Both the position numbers and the translations under genes were made by a program. From the NCBI GenBank assembly GCA_951406725.2, contig OX597836.1, forward strand, positions 23,498,001 through 23,562,000: a DNA stretch of 64,000 nucleotides, in the 5' to 3' direction. This DNA is from Octopus vulgaris (lineage: Eukaryota). Under the pieces are notes generated by a model. It did not search any database, was not told the DNA's origin, and was given only the letters and a program-made list of their open reading frames with translations. This document shows, in pieces, positions 37,584 to 50,015 of the stretch (position 1 is its first letter; each line of letters begins with the position of its first letter).

Positions 37584-37849
37584 CACGAGGTTAAAAATAT
37601 AAACAATATTAATTGATGATTAATTTTATTCTTTTATCGGCAAAGTTTCCTCTTTGTATCATCATCAGCTTTAGTAGGGAAAATGTCTGTGGTTGAATCA
37701 CACCCAGTTCTATCGCCATAGATGGGTAGGTGGGTACCTTTCTAATAGCGAATGAAGGTATTAGTTGATTATCGCTGTGATAAATGTAGTAGGACTAGGT
37801 AATTAATGTAGCACTCGTTACAATGCAGCAATGTCTTCCTCTGTGTATG

Positions 37850-37880
<31 letters not shown>

Positions 37881-38209
37881 GTGTGTGTGTTTAGGGGTTT
37901 AAGATAGAAGCGGGCAGTATTTCCAGTCAGTTCTGTCGTCACTGGACAGAAGTTGAATGTTGGCCAGAGGGTTTTTTTCCTTTCAAGCTGGTCATAATCG
38001 ACCGAACTTAAGTCGTTAATTGCTTTGAGAAAGCATGAACGTCACATATTCTCATTCTTCTCTCCTGTAACAATGTGAGATTCAACCTTCAGAAGAAACC
38101 AGCCAATCAATACATGCAAAAATATTCGAAACTTCAGCTTATTTAATAATAATTGTTGCCTGATTTCCAAATAGAGAAAGAAAGGGAAAAGGAGAGAGAG
38201 AAAGAGGGG

Positions 38210-38240
<31 letters not shown>

Positions 38241-38304
38241 TGTGTGTGTGTGTCTGTGTGTGTGTGACTGAATGCATTTGATTGTATATCAATTTCGTTA
38301 TTAA

Positions 38305-38310
38305 TTTATT
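38305..38310 (-). terminator. Candidate Wnt9 polyadenylation signal AATAAA
   Basis: Minus-strand AATAAA about 185 nt after the Wnt9 stop; motif only. Confidence 0.3.
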
Positions 38311-38493
38311 AATGGACAGACGTAGATAAGTTATTATGGTATTATTTGTGGTGAGTAAAGTTTCTGTTGTTTGTATTTTCACTCTTAATATTTTCTCCTG
38401 ATTTCAAATTGCTTTAATGACTATTGTTTGTGTCATTCAGGTTCTCTCCTTCAAATCCATTTACAAACATATTTTTTCTTCTCTATCTTTGCA

Positions 38494-38931
38494 TTATTTG
38501 CAAGTATGAACTTCATGTTTAGTGTTGCATATTTTACATCTGACATGACAGCACGAAATTACGTTACACGAGCAGTGTTTCTGTACATCAATACTCTCCA
38601 CGTTGTAGCCACGACCACAACACATGACTTTACAGTTCTCTCCCTTCATGCAAACTCGACCTGAAATGCCGGACGAATAGCGAGTTCGGCGGCAAAAGTT
38701 TGGAGATTTCTCTATGTACAGCAGTTCGTTATGTTTCACGCGAAGATTGTCTCCTATGCTATTTAGTCGTTGTTCCGAGAAACTGTTTACACGGACGGCT
38801 TTTTCGTATTTTTCTTTAAGGATGGCACTGATTTTAGAAAATGGTGCTAACTGTCTCCAACAGGTCCGTGTTGTGCAAGAGCCTGATACACCGTAACACT
38901 TACAAGTCCGGTTTACGTTTCGCCTTACGAC
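38494..38931 (-). CDS. Wnt9: Wnt9 final coding exon
   Basis: Minus-strand ttttag|[19 protein letters not shown]...[17 protein letters not shown]. Confidence 0.92.
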   Translation of the reverse strand, partial: VVRRNVNRTCKCYGVSGSCTTRTCWRQLAPFSKISAILKEKYEKAVRVNSFSEQRLNSIGDNLRVKHNELLYIEKSPNFCRRTRYSSGISGRVCMKGENCKVMCCGRGYNVESIDVQKHCSCNVISCCHVRCKICNTKHEVHTCK

Positions 38932-41900
38932 CTAAAATAGATAAAAGAAAATTAATCAGAAACTAATATGTTAATTGATTTTAATTGAATCAATTAAAAT
39001 AATAAATAAAAAATTATCATTTTAATTAATTTATAATATTCTAATTAATTAAAATAATAAATAAAAAATTGTTACTTTAATAATCTCTTATTATAAAAGG
39101 CAGATTTTATCTGCCTCCCTTTGGGAGTTATACAAATCTACAATATAGGATTTCTTTAATTACAATTTACCTTGCATTTTTAAGAGTACAATGCATTGCG
39201 TCATGCCAGGTCCAGTTTTTAAAATTTAAACTCCAATTAAGCAAAATTTACAGAAAACTCACATTCTTGTGTGTGTGTCAAATGCTTTTCTTAGTCTGGT
39301 TTACACCACACGCAAACGCACACACACAGTGGGCAACGAATAAAATGAAAGTAAATAGCGACAGAGTGATTTGAGGAAGCCTAAACTGAAAGTAATTAAA
39401 CCACTACTCAAAAAATAAAAAAACACAGCAAACAGAAACAAATAAATACATAACCATTTAGTCCTCACACAATTTCTTCAATTAGAATTTACCTAAGATT
39501 TTTCAAAGTACTCCATTCGCTCATGCCATAATATATTTCTTTCAATTTCACCCCCAATTAAGACAAAATTCGAGAAAACTCAATATTTTAACATATCACT
39601 CCGAAAGCATTGATGTACATGTGTGCTTGCGAGAGTGTGTGTGTGTCATTCCTCACACACACGCATACACATACATATACAACTACATACAACTACATAC
39701 ACATACAACTACATACAAACACGTGTGTGTTTGTTATTAGTAAAAAGGCGCAAAAACACAACTCACTTATCATTCCAACACATTTGCAAAGACACACGGA
39801 GGACAGAAAAGGTAAATTGGTTTTTATTTTACTCTGTATATATTTTATTATATAATATTATATATAGATATATGTATACATAATTGCAGTATGAAACAGT
39901 GTTTATGTATAAACAGACGACACTTATATATAGTTACCAAGCCGCCCGAATTTACCTATTCATATTTAAATGAGAATATCAGAGCAAATCTCTTTAGTAC
40001 ATTCGTGAAAACACGTATTATACTTCGTAAACACTTCAACTACAGTTTTGTACAAAAATCGAAGTGTAATTTTAATTCCGTGAATTATGGGAGATTTTTT
40101 TCCGAAATTTGTTCCTATTGTGTTTTCAAAATTTGTAATTCTGACAAAAAATGGATACGAATTTCATTATATCAAGCAGCGAGTCAGAATTCGAAGGATT
40201 TTCTACTGAAGACCTTCATAAATCTAACTCTATGACTGAAAAAAAAAAGCATCTTTATATAAGAGTGAAGTTGTGTGTCTGTCTCCTACGATTTAGATTC
40301 CTAACTACTCCCACATTTTGCGGTGCAGTTTAACCAAAAGCGGGTATCTTATAGTCGTGATTCATATCGAGCCCTTCTGGGTGTTAGCGTGCGTCTACGA
40401 TGAGTCTACAATTTAAAAAAAATTTACCATCATATTTTTCCATTTTAATGCATTTTTTTCGCTTTTATATAAGGGAAGTAACTCTCTAAAAATATCTACG
40501 ATGTGTCAACGATTTAAAAAATATTTACCTTAATTTTTTTTCAATTTTTAATGCATTTTTTGGCTATAACTCTCTAAAAATGCTTATATAGTTATTTCCC
40601 TTACAACCCGAGCAACGCCGGGCGATACTGCTAGTCTCTTTATAAACGGCAAAATGTCTGTGTGTGTGTCCTTTATACAAATCCACAATTTTTCAGTTAG
40701 AGGGCTCGCACTTTCTATGGTCATTTAAAACCGTCCAAGGATGGTCGTGCACATCTTTACATTTCCCTAATCACCCTGCAAAGCCGTTAAAAAAATCAAT
40801 AGAAGTGACTTTTTTGTGAATTTTCTATCCAAAACCCAATCAAAATGCCCGAAACTTGATACGCCAATTGAATGCCAGCTAGCTGTATGTGATTGGTCGG
40901 AGATTTGAACAGTACTCGCGTGTATGTGCGCACGCACGCAGCTGTATATGTATGCACTAGCACTATGAACCGACAACGCCGGGTCATAGTGCTAGTATTT
41001 AATAAGAACTATTTTTATTATGGAAAAGTTACAACTCCGCGTCTACTATTAAAACATAATTACAGACTGAGAAAGTCCGACAACAGAAAATGATTGAACT
41101 TCCACTGCGTGGTGTTATCGATTCGTGGACTGTCCGCGAGAGAAGCCTCCCCACTTCTCTGCTATTAACTTCATATTCGCTCATATAGTCACCCTTTCTT
41201 TTGAGGCACAAAAGGATTGCATTGAAAAGAAATGACAATGCTACTGATAATTTATAAATCTAGGAAGAGTGAGGAATGAAGTCGAGCCAACAGGATATCA
41301 TCCCAGAAGCCGAAGCCGTGCTCTGAAACGCAACATTCTCCATCAGTTTTCACATTTTTATTTGAAACCGCCTCAGCTCAGTAACGAGAAGCCACAGCAT
41401 ATCCGGTGATTTCCCTGGATTCTGACCAATAAATATTTCAGCAACAACTGTACGATCGATGGAGTTTTCCTCGACTTTTTTCGTTCGCCAAAACACGGCT
41501 ATAAATTGAGATGCGCACCACAACAACACCAAAGAAGCAGAGGCAACAGAGGTCCATAAGAAGACAGATTTCTTGGTTGCAGTTCGGCTCCGGGTTAAAA
41601 GGAATCGTTTGTACACAAGGAACGCACAATTTCCCCGTCTCTCAAAACACGAAAATGTAGGTATCTTTCCAAGCTAGCATGGAAATACTTATCTAAACAC
41701 TTGTACGGTTTACTCTTGGTAAAGTCCTCTGTATATTTTTGTGTAAATAAGGGGTTTCATCAAAAATATCAAATGGAATTGGTTTTTATATAGGGAAAAC
41801 AGCCAAATTCAGCCTGAAGCAGCCTAAAGCAGGGTAACCAATAATTCATCACCCATCTAATCAAGCATCCCCATGCCTTTCCAATCCACTACTTCCTCAT

Positions 41901-43199
41901 AAACCGTCCAGTTGTCTCGTTCTAAGTTTCTGCTTTTCGTTGACGGAAAGTCAAAGAAGAGACATTAGTTAGATCTTTTAATTTTGTGGGTTTATCTCAA
42001 CCCCAAGCACTTGATATGCTAAATACCTACAGCAATAATTATTCAGGCCAGTTCATTAATTTTCCCCCTTCTTCACTTTTATCCTCAGAATCGTCAGGGC
42101 GTCGAACAAAATGTCCAGCAGTGTTTCTTCCGGTTCCTTACAGTTCAAATCCCGCTGAAATTCGAGGTCGATGAAATAAGTACCAGTTGATCACTGGGGT
42201 CCATGTAATAGACTTATCCCTTAAATGAATAGAATGCCATTCTTGCCCTCTTTTAAGAATGTCCTTGTGAATGTTTCCACACACCTGGAGACACGCAGCT
42301 GTCTGCTTCTTACCAGGGCCATAAATACGCAGTCACTGCATTTAGTGCAATATCGCGAACACTCTTTGCACCCAGGCCTGCGAATATGGTTTCCGATCAT
42401 TATGAAGAGACCCACTTCGAGACTTAAGCCTTCACCGAAACAACAGTAACCCCCATTACTTGAAAATCAAACAATAAAAATAGACATGTTCGAACAATCC
42501 CTTTCCCATAGAGACATCTGGTAAAAACATACGTACATACATACATACATGCATGCATGCATACATGCATGCATGCATACATACATACATACATGCATGC
42601 ATACATACATACATATAAATACATACATGCATGCATACGTACACACATACATGCATGCATACGTACGTACATACATACATACATGCATACATACATACAT
42701 ACATACATGCATGCGTACGTACGTACATGCATGCATGCGTACGTACGTACATGCATGCGTACGTACGTACACACATATATGCATGCGTACGTACGTACAT
42801 GCATGCGTGCGTACGTACGTACATGCATGCGTGCGTACGTACACACATACATGCATGCATACGTACGTACATATATACATGCATGCATACGTATGTACAT
42901 ACATACATGCATGCATGCATACGTACGTACATACATACATGCATGCATACGTACGTACGTACATACATACATACGGTCAGTTTGGATAAGTTTGGATTTT
43001 CAGGAAAGAAAAATCAAGCGACTGATTCGCACATTACAAATAAGTAAGCGGAGCAGTAAAACTATTCAAGACTTTTCCCAGGTTTAAAATGTGACATTGT
43101 TTCCGTGATCTACATTCCAAAGATGGAGCTTTGTATCTTTGTTAGAAACCATCACCGTCTTCAGAAGAATTTAAATGATTAAAACCAGAAGACACACAC

Positions 43200-43275
<76 letters not shown>

Positions 43276-43717
43276 GCAACTGATAGTGTTAAACTGGGGG
43301 ACTAAGTCTACCACCCATTTGGGCCACGGCAGGATTTGAACTCATCCTTTCTACTCTAGACACAAGGCCTGCAATTTTGAGGAGTTGGGTTGGTGAGTTT
43401 GGTGAGTCAGTGATATCGACCTCAATGCTTCACGGGTACTTTATATCTTATCGACTCCGAAAGGATGAAAGGCAGAGTCGACCACGGCGGTATTTGAACT
43501 CAGGTATTTCGTCTGCGTTACGTTGTGAGTTCAAATTCCGCCGAGGTCGACTTTGCCTTACATCCTTTCGGGGTCGATAAATTAAGTACCAGTTACGCAC
43601 TGGGGTCGATGTCATCGACTTAATACCTATGTCTGTCCTTGTTTGTCCCCTCTGTGTTTAGCCCCTTGTGGGTAATAAAGAAATAGGTATTTGAACTCAG
43701 GACGTAAATAAATGTAT

Positions 43718-43779
<62 letters not shown>

Positions 43780-43797
43780 GCGCGCGCGCACACACAC

Positions 43798-43832
<35 letters not shown>

Positions 43833-44052
43833 CAAAGAAAACAAGAGGGAAAGACGTTCGAGTGAGACTTTGTTGGTTGAGATCAATAGAGTTTCCTGAT
43901 AGGCGGGACCGCGTCTTTAGTCTCTAAACCCAGCGGGAAACAAGAGCATGGCTTTGTTATTTTTTGTGTCAGGCTTTTGATGGAATGCATGCTGGCGTCT
44001 TTGAAGTTTGTTTGAAATTTGTTAAAAGTCATGCTTATAAACCGCGGAGCGA

Positions 44053-44139
<87 letters not shown>

Positions 44140-45502
44140 GTGTGTCTGTGTCAGTGTGTGCATGCGTGCGTGTGTGTGAAGTGAATGCAGAGAATTTTGT
44201 GTACGGATTTATCCAGATTTCGATAATTGAAACAAATTCACAACTTATGATTAAAATGATATGAAATAAATTGTGGAGGCGCAATGGCCCAGTGGTTAGG
44301 GCAGCAGACTGGCGGTCATACGATCGCGGTTTCGATTCTCAGACCGGGCGTTGTGAGTGTTTATTGAGCGAAAACACCTAAAAGTTCCACGAGGCTCCGG
44401 CAGGGGATGGTGGTGATCCCTGCTGTACTCTTTCGCCACAACTTTCTCTCACTCTTACTTCCTGTTTCTGTTGTACCTGTATTTCAAAGGGACGGCCGTG
44501 TCACTCTCTGTGTCACGCTGAATATCCCCGAGAACTACGTTAAGGGTACACGTGTCTGTGGAGTGCTCAGCCACTTACACGTTAATTTCACGAGCAGGCT
44601 GTTCCGTTGATTCGGATCAACCGGAACCCTCGTCGTCGTAACCGACGGAGTGCTTCCATTTCCATGAAATAAATTAACAGAAATAAAGTAGAAAAATAAA
44701 ACAAATAAAATAAGAGAAAATAGATTGAAAATGATTGAGGGACGTAGTTTGTTGGCAAAGTTAGTTTTTAAATAGATTCTCTGCGACACCAATGTATGGC
44801 GGTAGTTTCATATGCGCTGCTTATGAGATCGATAAAGTAGCAGAAAGTTGTCATATTTTCTGTTTATTGTTTGATACATTTCTCAAGTTCTAGCTTTCCC
44901 GAGAATTTAGTGACGGATACATCGCCTGATTAACAATAGTACATGGCTGATCGCTATTTATCATTTCCTTCCCATTCTTATGTTCTGGTTCCATCCACTA
45001 AACACCATTTTGTAGAGAATCAGATGAGACCTGATTGGAACCATGGAATGAATTTACTCCTATACATACACTCATTCACTTTTATAACTGAATCCAATAA
45101 ATTTTTTTGTTATCGATTAGTAATGAAGAAATGTAGCGACAAAAGGGCCTCCAAGGCAACTGGGCGGGAGAAATGCTCAATCCGGAGACAGGCAAGCGAT
45201 ACCAGGACGAGGAAGAGAGCTCTCTGCAAGTGATACAAGGACGAGGAGCAGAGAGCAGACGTGCAAGTGATACTCCAAAGAAATTGAAACAAATTAAGAA
45301 ATATCAAGACCTAAGCAAAGAGCTGAAGTGATTGTTGAAGACAAAGGCAGCAGATATTGGTATTGAGAAATGCTCTGCCGACCTTCAGGAAAGGTCAATA
45401 CTGTCTTCTGTAAGAATCCTAAGAAAGATTCTTGAGATTTGAGGTGACGTGTTGTGACTATACCCCAAGACATTCCTACTAATAAATGTAGCATATAATA
45501 GT

Positions 45503-45536
<34 letters not shown>

Positions 45537-48500
45537 TTTCAAATTTTGGCACAAGGCCAGCATGTTCAGGGGAAGGGATAAGTCTATTACATGGACCCCA
45601 GTGATCAACTGGTACTTGTTTCATCGACCCCGAATTTCAGCGGGATTTGAACTGTAAGGAACCGGAAGAAACACTGCTGGACATTTTCTTCGACGCTCTA
45701 ACGATTCTGAGGATAAAAGTGAAGAAGGGGGAAAATAAATGAACTGGCCTGAATAATTATTGCTGTAGGTATTTTAGCATAACAAGTGCTTGGGGTTGAG
45801 ATAAAGCCCACAACAAAATTAAAAAGATCTAACTAATGTCTCTTCTTTGACTTTCCGTCAACGAAAAGCAGAAACTTAGAACGAGACAACTGGACGGTTA
45901 CATTACAATGCGTCCTATTTGATAGGGGGTGGTGGGTGGAAAGGTAACAAGGGACGCGCACACACACGTACACTCGTACACAGCCACTCTCACACACTTA
46001 TATATACACACACATCCACACACCGCTGTTTGCTTTCGCTTAAAACGGTTTAACTCGGTACCGAAAGTTGCCTTTGAAAGCGTCCAACATGACTTGATGC
46101 TTTCCATAGAGTAAAGATGATCAACTTCTGTTTATTCACTTCACACCCAACTCTTCTTCCCTTTATCGCCCTTTTTTTTCTTTCATTTTATTCCATTTCT
46201 TTCTCCTTTCTATTTCATGGTACCTTCAAACATTCTTCTTCTTCTTCTTCTTCTTCTTCTTCTTCTTCTTCTTCTTCTTCTTCTTCTTTTTCTTTTTCTT
46301 CTTCTTCTTTTTCTTTTTTTCTTTTTCTTCTTCTTCTTCTTCTTCTTCTTCTTCTTCTTCTTCTTCTTCTTCTTCTTCTTCTTCTTTCTTCTTTTATTAT
46401 TCTTTTTCATCTTCATTTTTCATGTCATTCACCCCCCCCCCCCCGCATCTTCCTCGGCCTCCCCATCCCCATCTGCCCCCCACCCCGCCACCGTACACCT
46501 TTTTATTTTTATTTTCTTCATTTTCCCCCCACCCCAGTTTTTTTCCTTTATATAAGTTATTCTACATGACTTTTTGTTTGTTGTCTTATCTTTCTTCTCT
46601 TTTCTCCCCCCCACCCACTCCTCTCTCTCCCTCTCATCCTTCTTTAATCCCTCCATTTTCTTTTCGTCCTTTGTTCCTTTCCCCTTTAAACACATATCTT
46701 TCTCCACTTTCTTTTTATTCCCACTTCATTATTGAATTATATCAACATCTATGTCTGACAGTTTTGCAGTGAATTTACACCAATGTAAACACCAGACTGT
46801 CGCTGTGTGGACGTTACCCATTTCTTCGACGACAACATGCTATCAATGAAACGAAATTTAAATATTTATCGATTCAGACGTGAACAGTTAGCGTCAACAA
46901 AGAGTCCATCCAGTATATTTATCTAGAAAATTATCTATTTATCTATTAAAACTATTGTGTAGATTAGGATGTGGAATAATATTTATTATTACTTATTAGC
47001 GCGGGCGAGTCATTGGAGACTGGATTTACGGATGCGTTGGTGTGATGTTCCCTATTGCTAATTCAATTCAATGTGTGCAGTTTTAATCTCAGGTTTAATC
47101 CTCTTTTGGGTGGTAAAATAGATTTTTGTTTGGCAACATAGAAGAAGAAGAAAAAAAAAAGACTATTAAAAGTATACAAGATTAGAATCGAGGAAGAAAT
47201 CCTGAACTACCCTCACCGATGAAACAAACAAAAAAAAAAAGCGGGGTTGAAATGGTGGGTAGAATGATGAAGCAGCAGAAGATGTGAGTGGAGAGAGAGT
47301 AACAGGTTGTACAACTCAACAACTCAAGGCAAATGGTGAGTTCAGCTCCGTCTCGAGGACATCATGGCAAAAATGTTGCCGCCGCCGCAGAGAATGGCCA
47401 GTGACACTCGCTGCAACAGCCATCCCAACATCACGGGGCTTATTTCTGAAATGGGCTGCAGTAAAATAGATTATTTTTCGTTTTTCTCATTTGATTGAGG
47501 GGAGGGGAAAATAGAAAAATATTCCTAGGCACGTGATAAATGAGTTAAAAGATGGAAATTTCAATGTTTCAAACACATTAATGTCAGAAGAATTGAACAA
47601 CGAAAACATTTACAGACAAAACGAAAATTTCATTCCAAAAACTTCGTGTCATTCGCTTTGAAAAAAAAAAGAAAAAATTTAAATAATTAAAAACTTTTGA
47701 GAATATTTTCCTTCCTTCCTTCCTTCCTTCCTTCCTTCCTTCCTTCCTTCCTTCCTTATCTCTCTCTATATAAAGCTGAAGTTGTCTGTGTATGGCAGGT
47801 TTTGTAGCCTTCAACTAACACTATCTCCTCCGAGTATGATAGAAGAAGGCTTGCTCTTCCTTCCGTGGAAGAAAAAAATTCAAATCGGACCATGTTAACA
47901 CCTAAAATTATTTACATGAAAAAGGTGCTTGTTTTCTATGAAAATCCCTATTTTTTACGATTTTAAGTGTGTGTGAGTGTGTGTGTGTGTGTGTGTGTGC
48001 ATGAGTGTGTGTGCGCGCGCGTGTGTTATATATTCACTACGGTCAATCTTACCTGTCGGTTTCGCACTGGAGTTTCATCCAGACGTTAGATAACAGCCCG
48101 ATTATATCGCCCTGCGCTCATCAGACTTAGCAGTAACGGAATAAAATACAGCAACTTCATATATATATATACATACATACATACATACATACATACATAC
48201 ATACATGCACAAATGCATATACGCATCTCTCTCTCTCTATCCATCTACATGTATACTCATATACAAATATTCATACATGTCTATATACACACACAAATAT
48301 ATATGTTCACATACACACGCATATATAATTTTTTTATGGGAACGTGGGTAAAGCCAGAAAAATCTGTTTTTATCTCTGACCAGTCTTCACCCTTTTTACC
48401 AAATGCGGGCGTTCATTGGAGGACTGCTCCGTCGCTTGCTCATGTGCCACTGACATCATAACAGTTGACTATTTCGAACTTGTCGTCAATGAAACCCAAA

Positions 48501-48700
48501 GTATATCGGAGGAGAGCTGTCCGATACTCTTACGACGACCCGGGCAATCCGCCGTACATACATATGTACGTACGTGCACACGTATGTATGTATGTATGTA
48601 TGTATGTATGTATGTATGTATGTATGTATGTATGTATGTATGTATGTATGTATGTGTGTATGTATGTATGTATGTATGTATGTATGTATGTATGCATGCA

Positions 48701-48731
<31 letters not shown>

Positions 48732-48758
48732 ATGTTTGTATGTATGTATGTATGTATG

Positions 48759-48797
<39 letters not shown>

Positions 48798-49175
48798 ATG
48801 TATGTATGTATGTATGTATGTACGTATGTATGTGAGCATGCGTGTATGTGTGCATGTATGAGTATGTAAACATGCATGCATGTATGAATGTAAGCAAATA
48901 AGTTACCTCTATTCCAATATTTGTGTTGTGTTGGTCGATTTTAGCTCGGAGATCTTTTCCCGATCTTTTCGCTCGCCTCAGAAACTTTCGTGTAAATTTC
49001 AAACCGTAACGGATATTGTCCCCACAACTTCCCCATTTCCAGGCTTCTTTATTTCGAAGTCTTTTGGAGATATCACACGTGCATCTGTCTAATATGCCTC
49101 GACTACACGCATGCGCGAACGAATGGACGAGTCCCGCAGATGATATTGCGTACAGATATGATGTCTCTTTAAAAC
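38494..49175 (-). CDS. Wnt9: Wnt9 (last two coding exons; 5' exons not found in window)
   Basis: [51 protein letters not shown] and [50 protein letters not shown] and the short C-x5-C-x3-CCGRG spacing are characteristic of the Wnt9 subfamily as I recall it. Confidence 0.88.
39084..40995 (+). mobile_element. Tandem/nested non-autonomous Helitron-like elements
   Basis: TC starts (TCTCTTATTATAAAA 39084, TCTTTATATAAG 40252, TCTCTTTATAAA 40635); 3' GC hairpin + CTAG|T ends at 40634 and 40995. Confidence 0.75.
42526..42972. repeat. Compound (CATA)/(CATG)/(CGTA) microsatellite
   Basis: About 450 bp of alternating purine-pyrimidine tetramers. Confidence 0.95.
43345..43705. mobile_element. Two SINE family B fragments in opposite orientation
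   Basis: Minus fragment at about 43345-43503, plus fragment at about 43503-43690. Confidence 0.7.
44273..44663 (+). mobile_element. tRNA-derived SINE family C with 12-bp TSD
   Basis: Head GGCGCAATGGCCCAGTGGTTAGGGCAGC..GGTTTCGATTCTC; [15 protein letters not shown] at 44261-44272 and 44664-44675. Confidence 0.85.
45270..45535 (+). mobile_element. Dong/R4-like LINE 3' end with (TAA)n tail
   Basis: [29 protein letters not shown]-stop, short UTR, then (TAA)n. Confidence 0.65.
46233..46392. repeat. (CTT)n polypyrimidine tract
   Basis: About 160-bp homopyrimidine run. Confidence 0.95.
48031..48143 (-). ncRNA. Candidate hammerhead with large loop II and weak stem I
   Basis: Minus strand CUGAUGA-GCGC...GUGC-GAAA-CC(gaca)GG-UA; proximal stem I mismatched; flanked by microsatellites. 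Confidence 0.4.
48555..48888. repeat. (TATG)n/(TG)n microsatellite next to Wnt9 splice donor
   Basis: Direct reading. Confidence 0.95.
48907..49175 (-). CDS. Wnt9: Wnt9 penultimate coding exon
   Basis: Minus-strand ttctag|gt ttt aaa gag ... ata gag|gtaact; 269 nt, phase 1-0, open frame. Confidence 0.9.
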
Positions 49176-49631
49176 CTAGAAGAACAGAAAAGAAAACAAT
49201 GTAATTGTGATTTCAGACGAAAGCAGTCAAGAGCGGATATAATCGATGACATAGACTCAAGAATGGTAAGGTTATGTATCGAATTCAAAAGTATTAAATC
49301 GTCTATAGCAGGAATTGAACTCAAAACACAAAGAATCTTAACTAATTCTCAGCGTTTTACTGTTTCATTCAGCCAACATTATCTCAATATTATTAATATT
49401 ATTATATAAGGGTTTTGTTCAAACTTCGTCGTTCGACATTGTAAACTCACATCACAAGACTGGTTTTTTTCCCTCAAGTTCTCTGGCTCCACAAAAGTTG
49501 GGGCCGGAAATGTGTATTAATTCATTGTAATACATTCTACCCCAATATTACCTTAGCACTAATAATATTGGTTTGCATAGTACGAGAAACGTAATACTGT
49601 ACATAATCCTTCTCGTTTTACTGAAAATAGA

Positions 49632-49671
<40 letters not shown>

Positions 49672-49963
49672 ATAAATAAAATATATGCATACATACAAAC
49701 ATATATGTACGTACCTACATCTACATGTATATATACATACATATATAAAATATATATACGTGAGTACAGGACACCGCAACTACACGTAGAACTCAACGAA
49801 AAACACGAAAACGGACAAGTCATTTTTTTACAACAAAAAAACAGAGACGAAACGAAAACGGGAAAAACATTATTTTTTACAACAGAAAAACAAGGTACAG
49901 GACACACCACACAAGGAAAAAATCCCCAGTCTTCAGCTGTCACTAGCTAAGTCAAGCGTGTTT

Positions 49964-50015
<52 letters not shown>

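Larger units (their letters stand above)
41902..45899. repeat. Inverted duplication, about 320-bp arms (41902-42222 / 45573-45899)
   Basis: Arms align as reverse complements with only scattered differences; spacer about 3.35 kb. Confidence 0.9.

Noticed and set aside
49000-49080. Suspected frameshift in the Wnt9 exon
   Set aside because: Careful re-reading gives an intact frame ([13 protein letters not shown]).
49770-49966. (TA)n-embedded element with CUGAAGA and GAAAC on the minus strand
   Set aside because: The motifs cannot be assembled into paired hammerhead stems; at most a decayed fragment.
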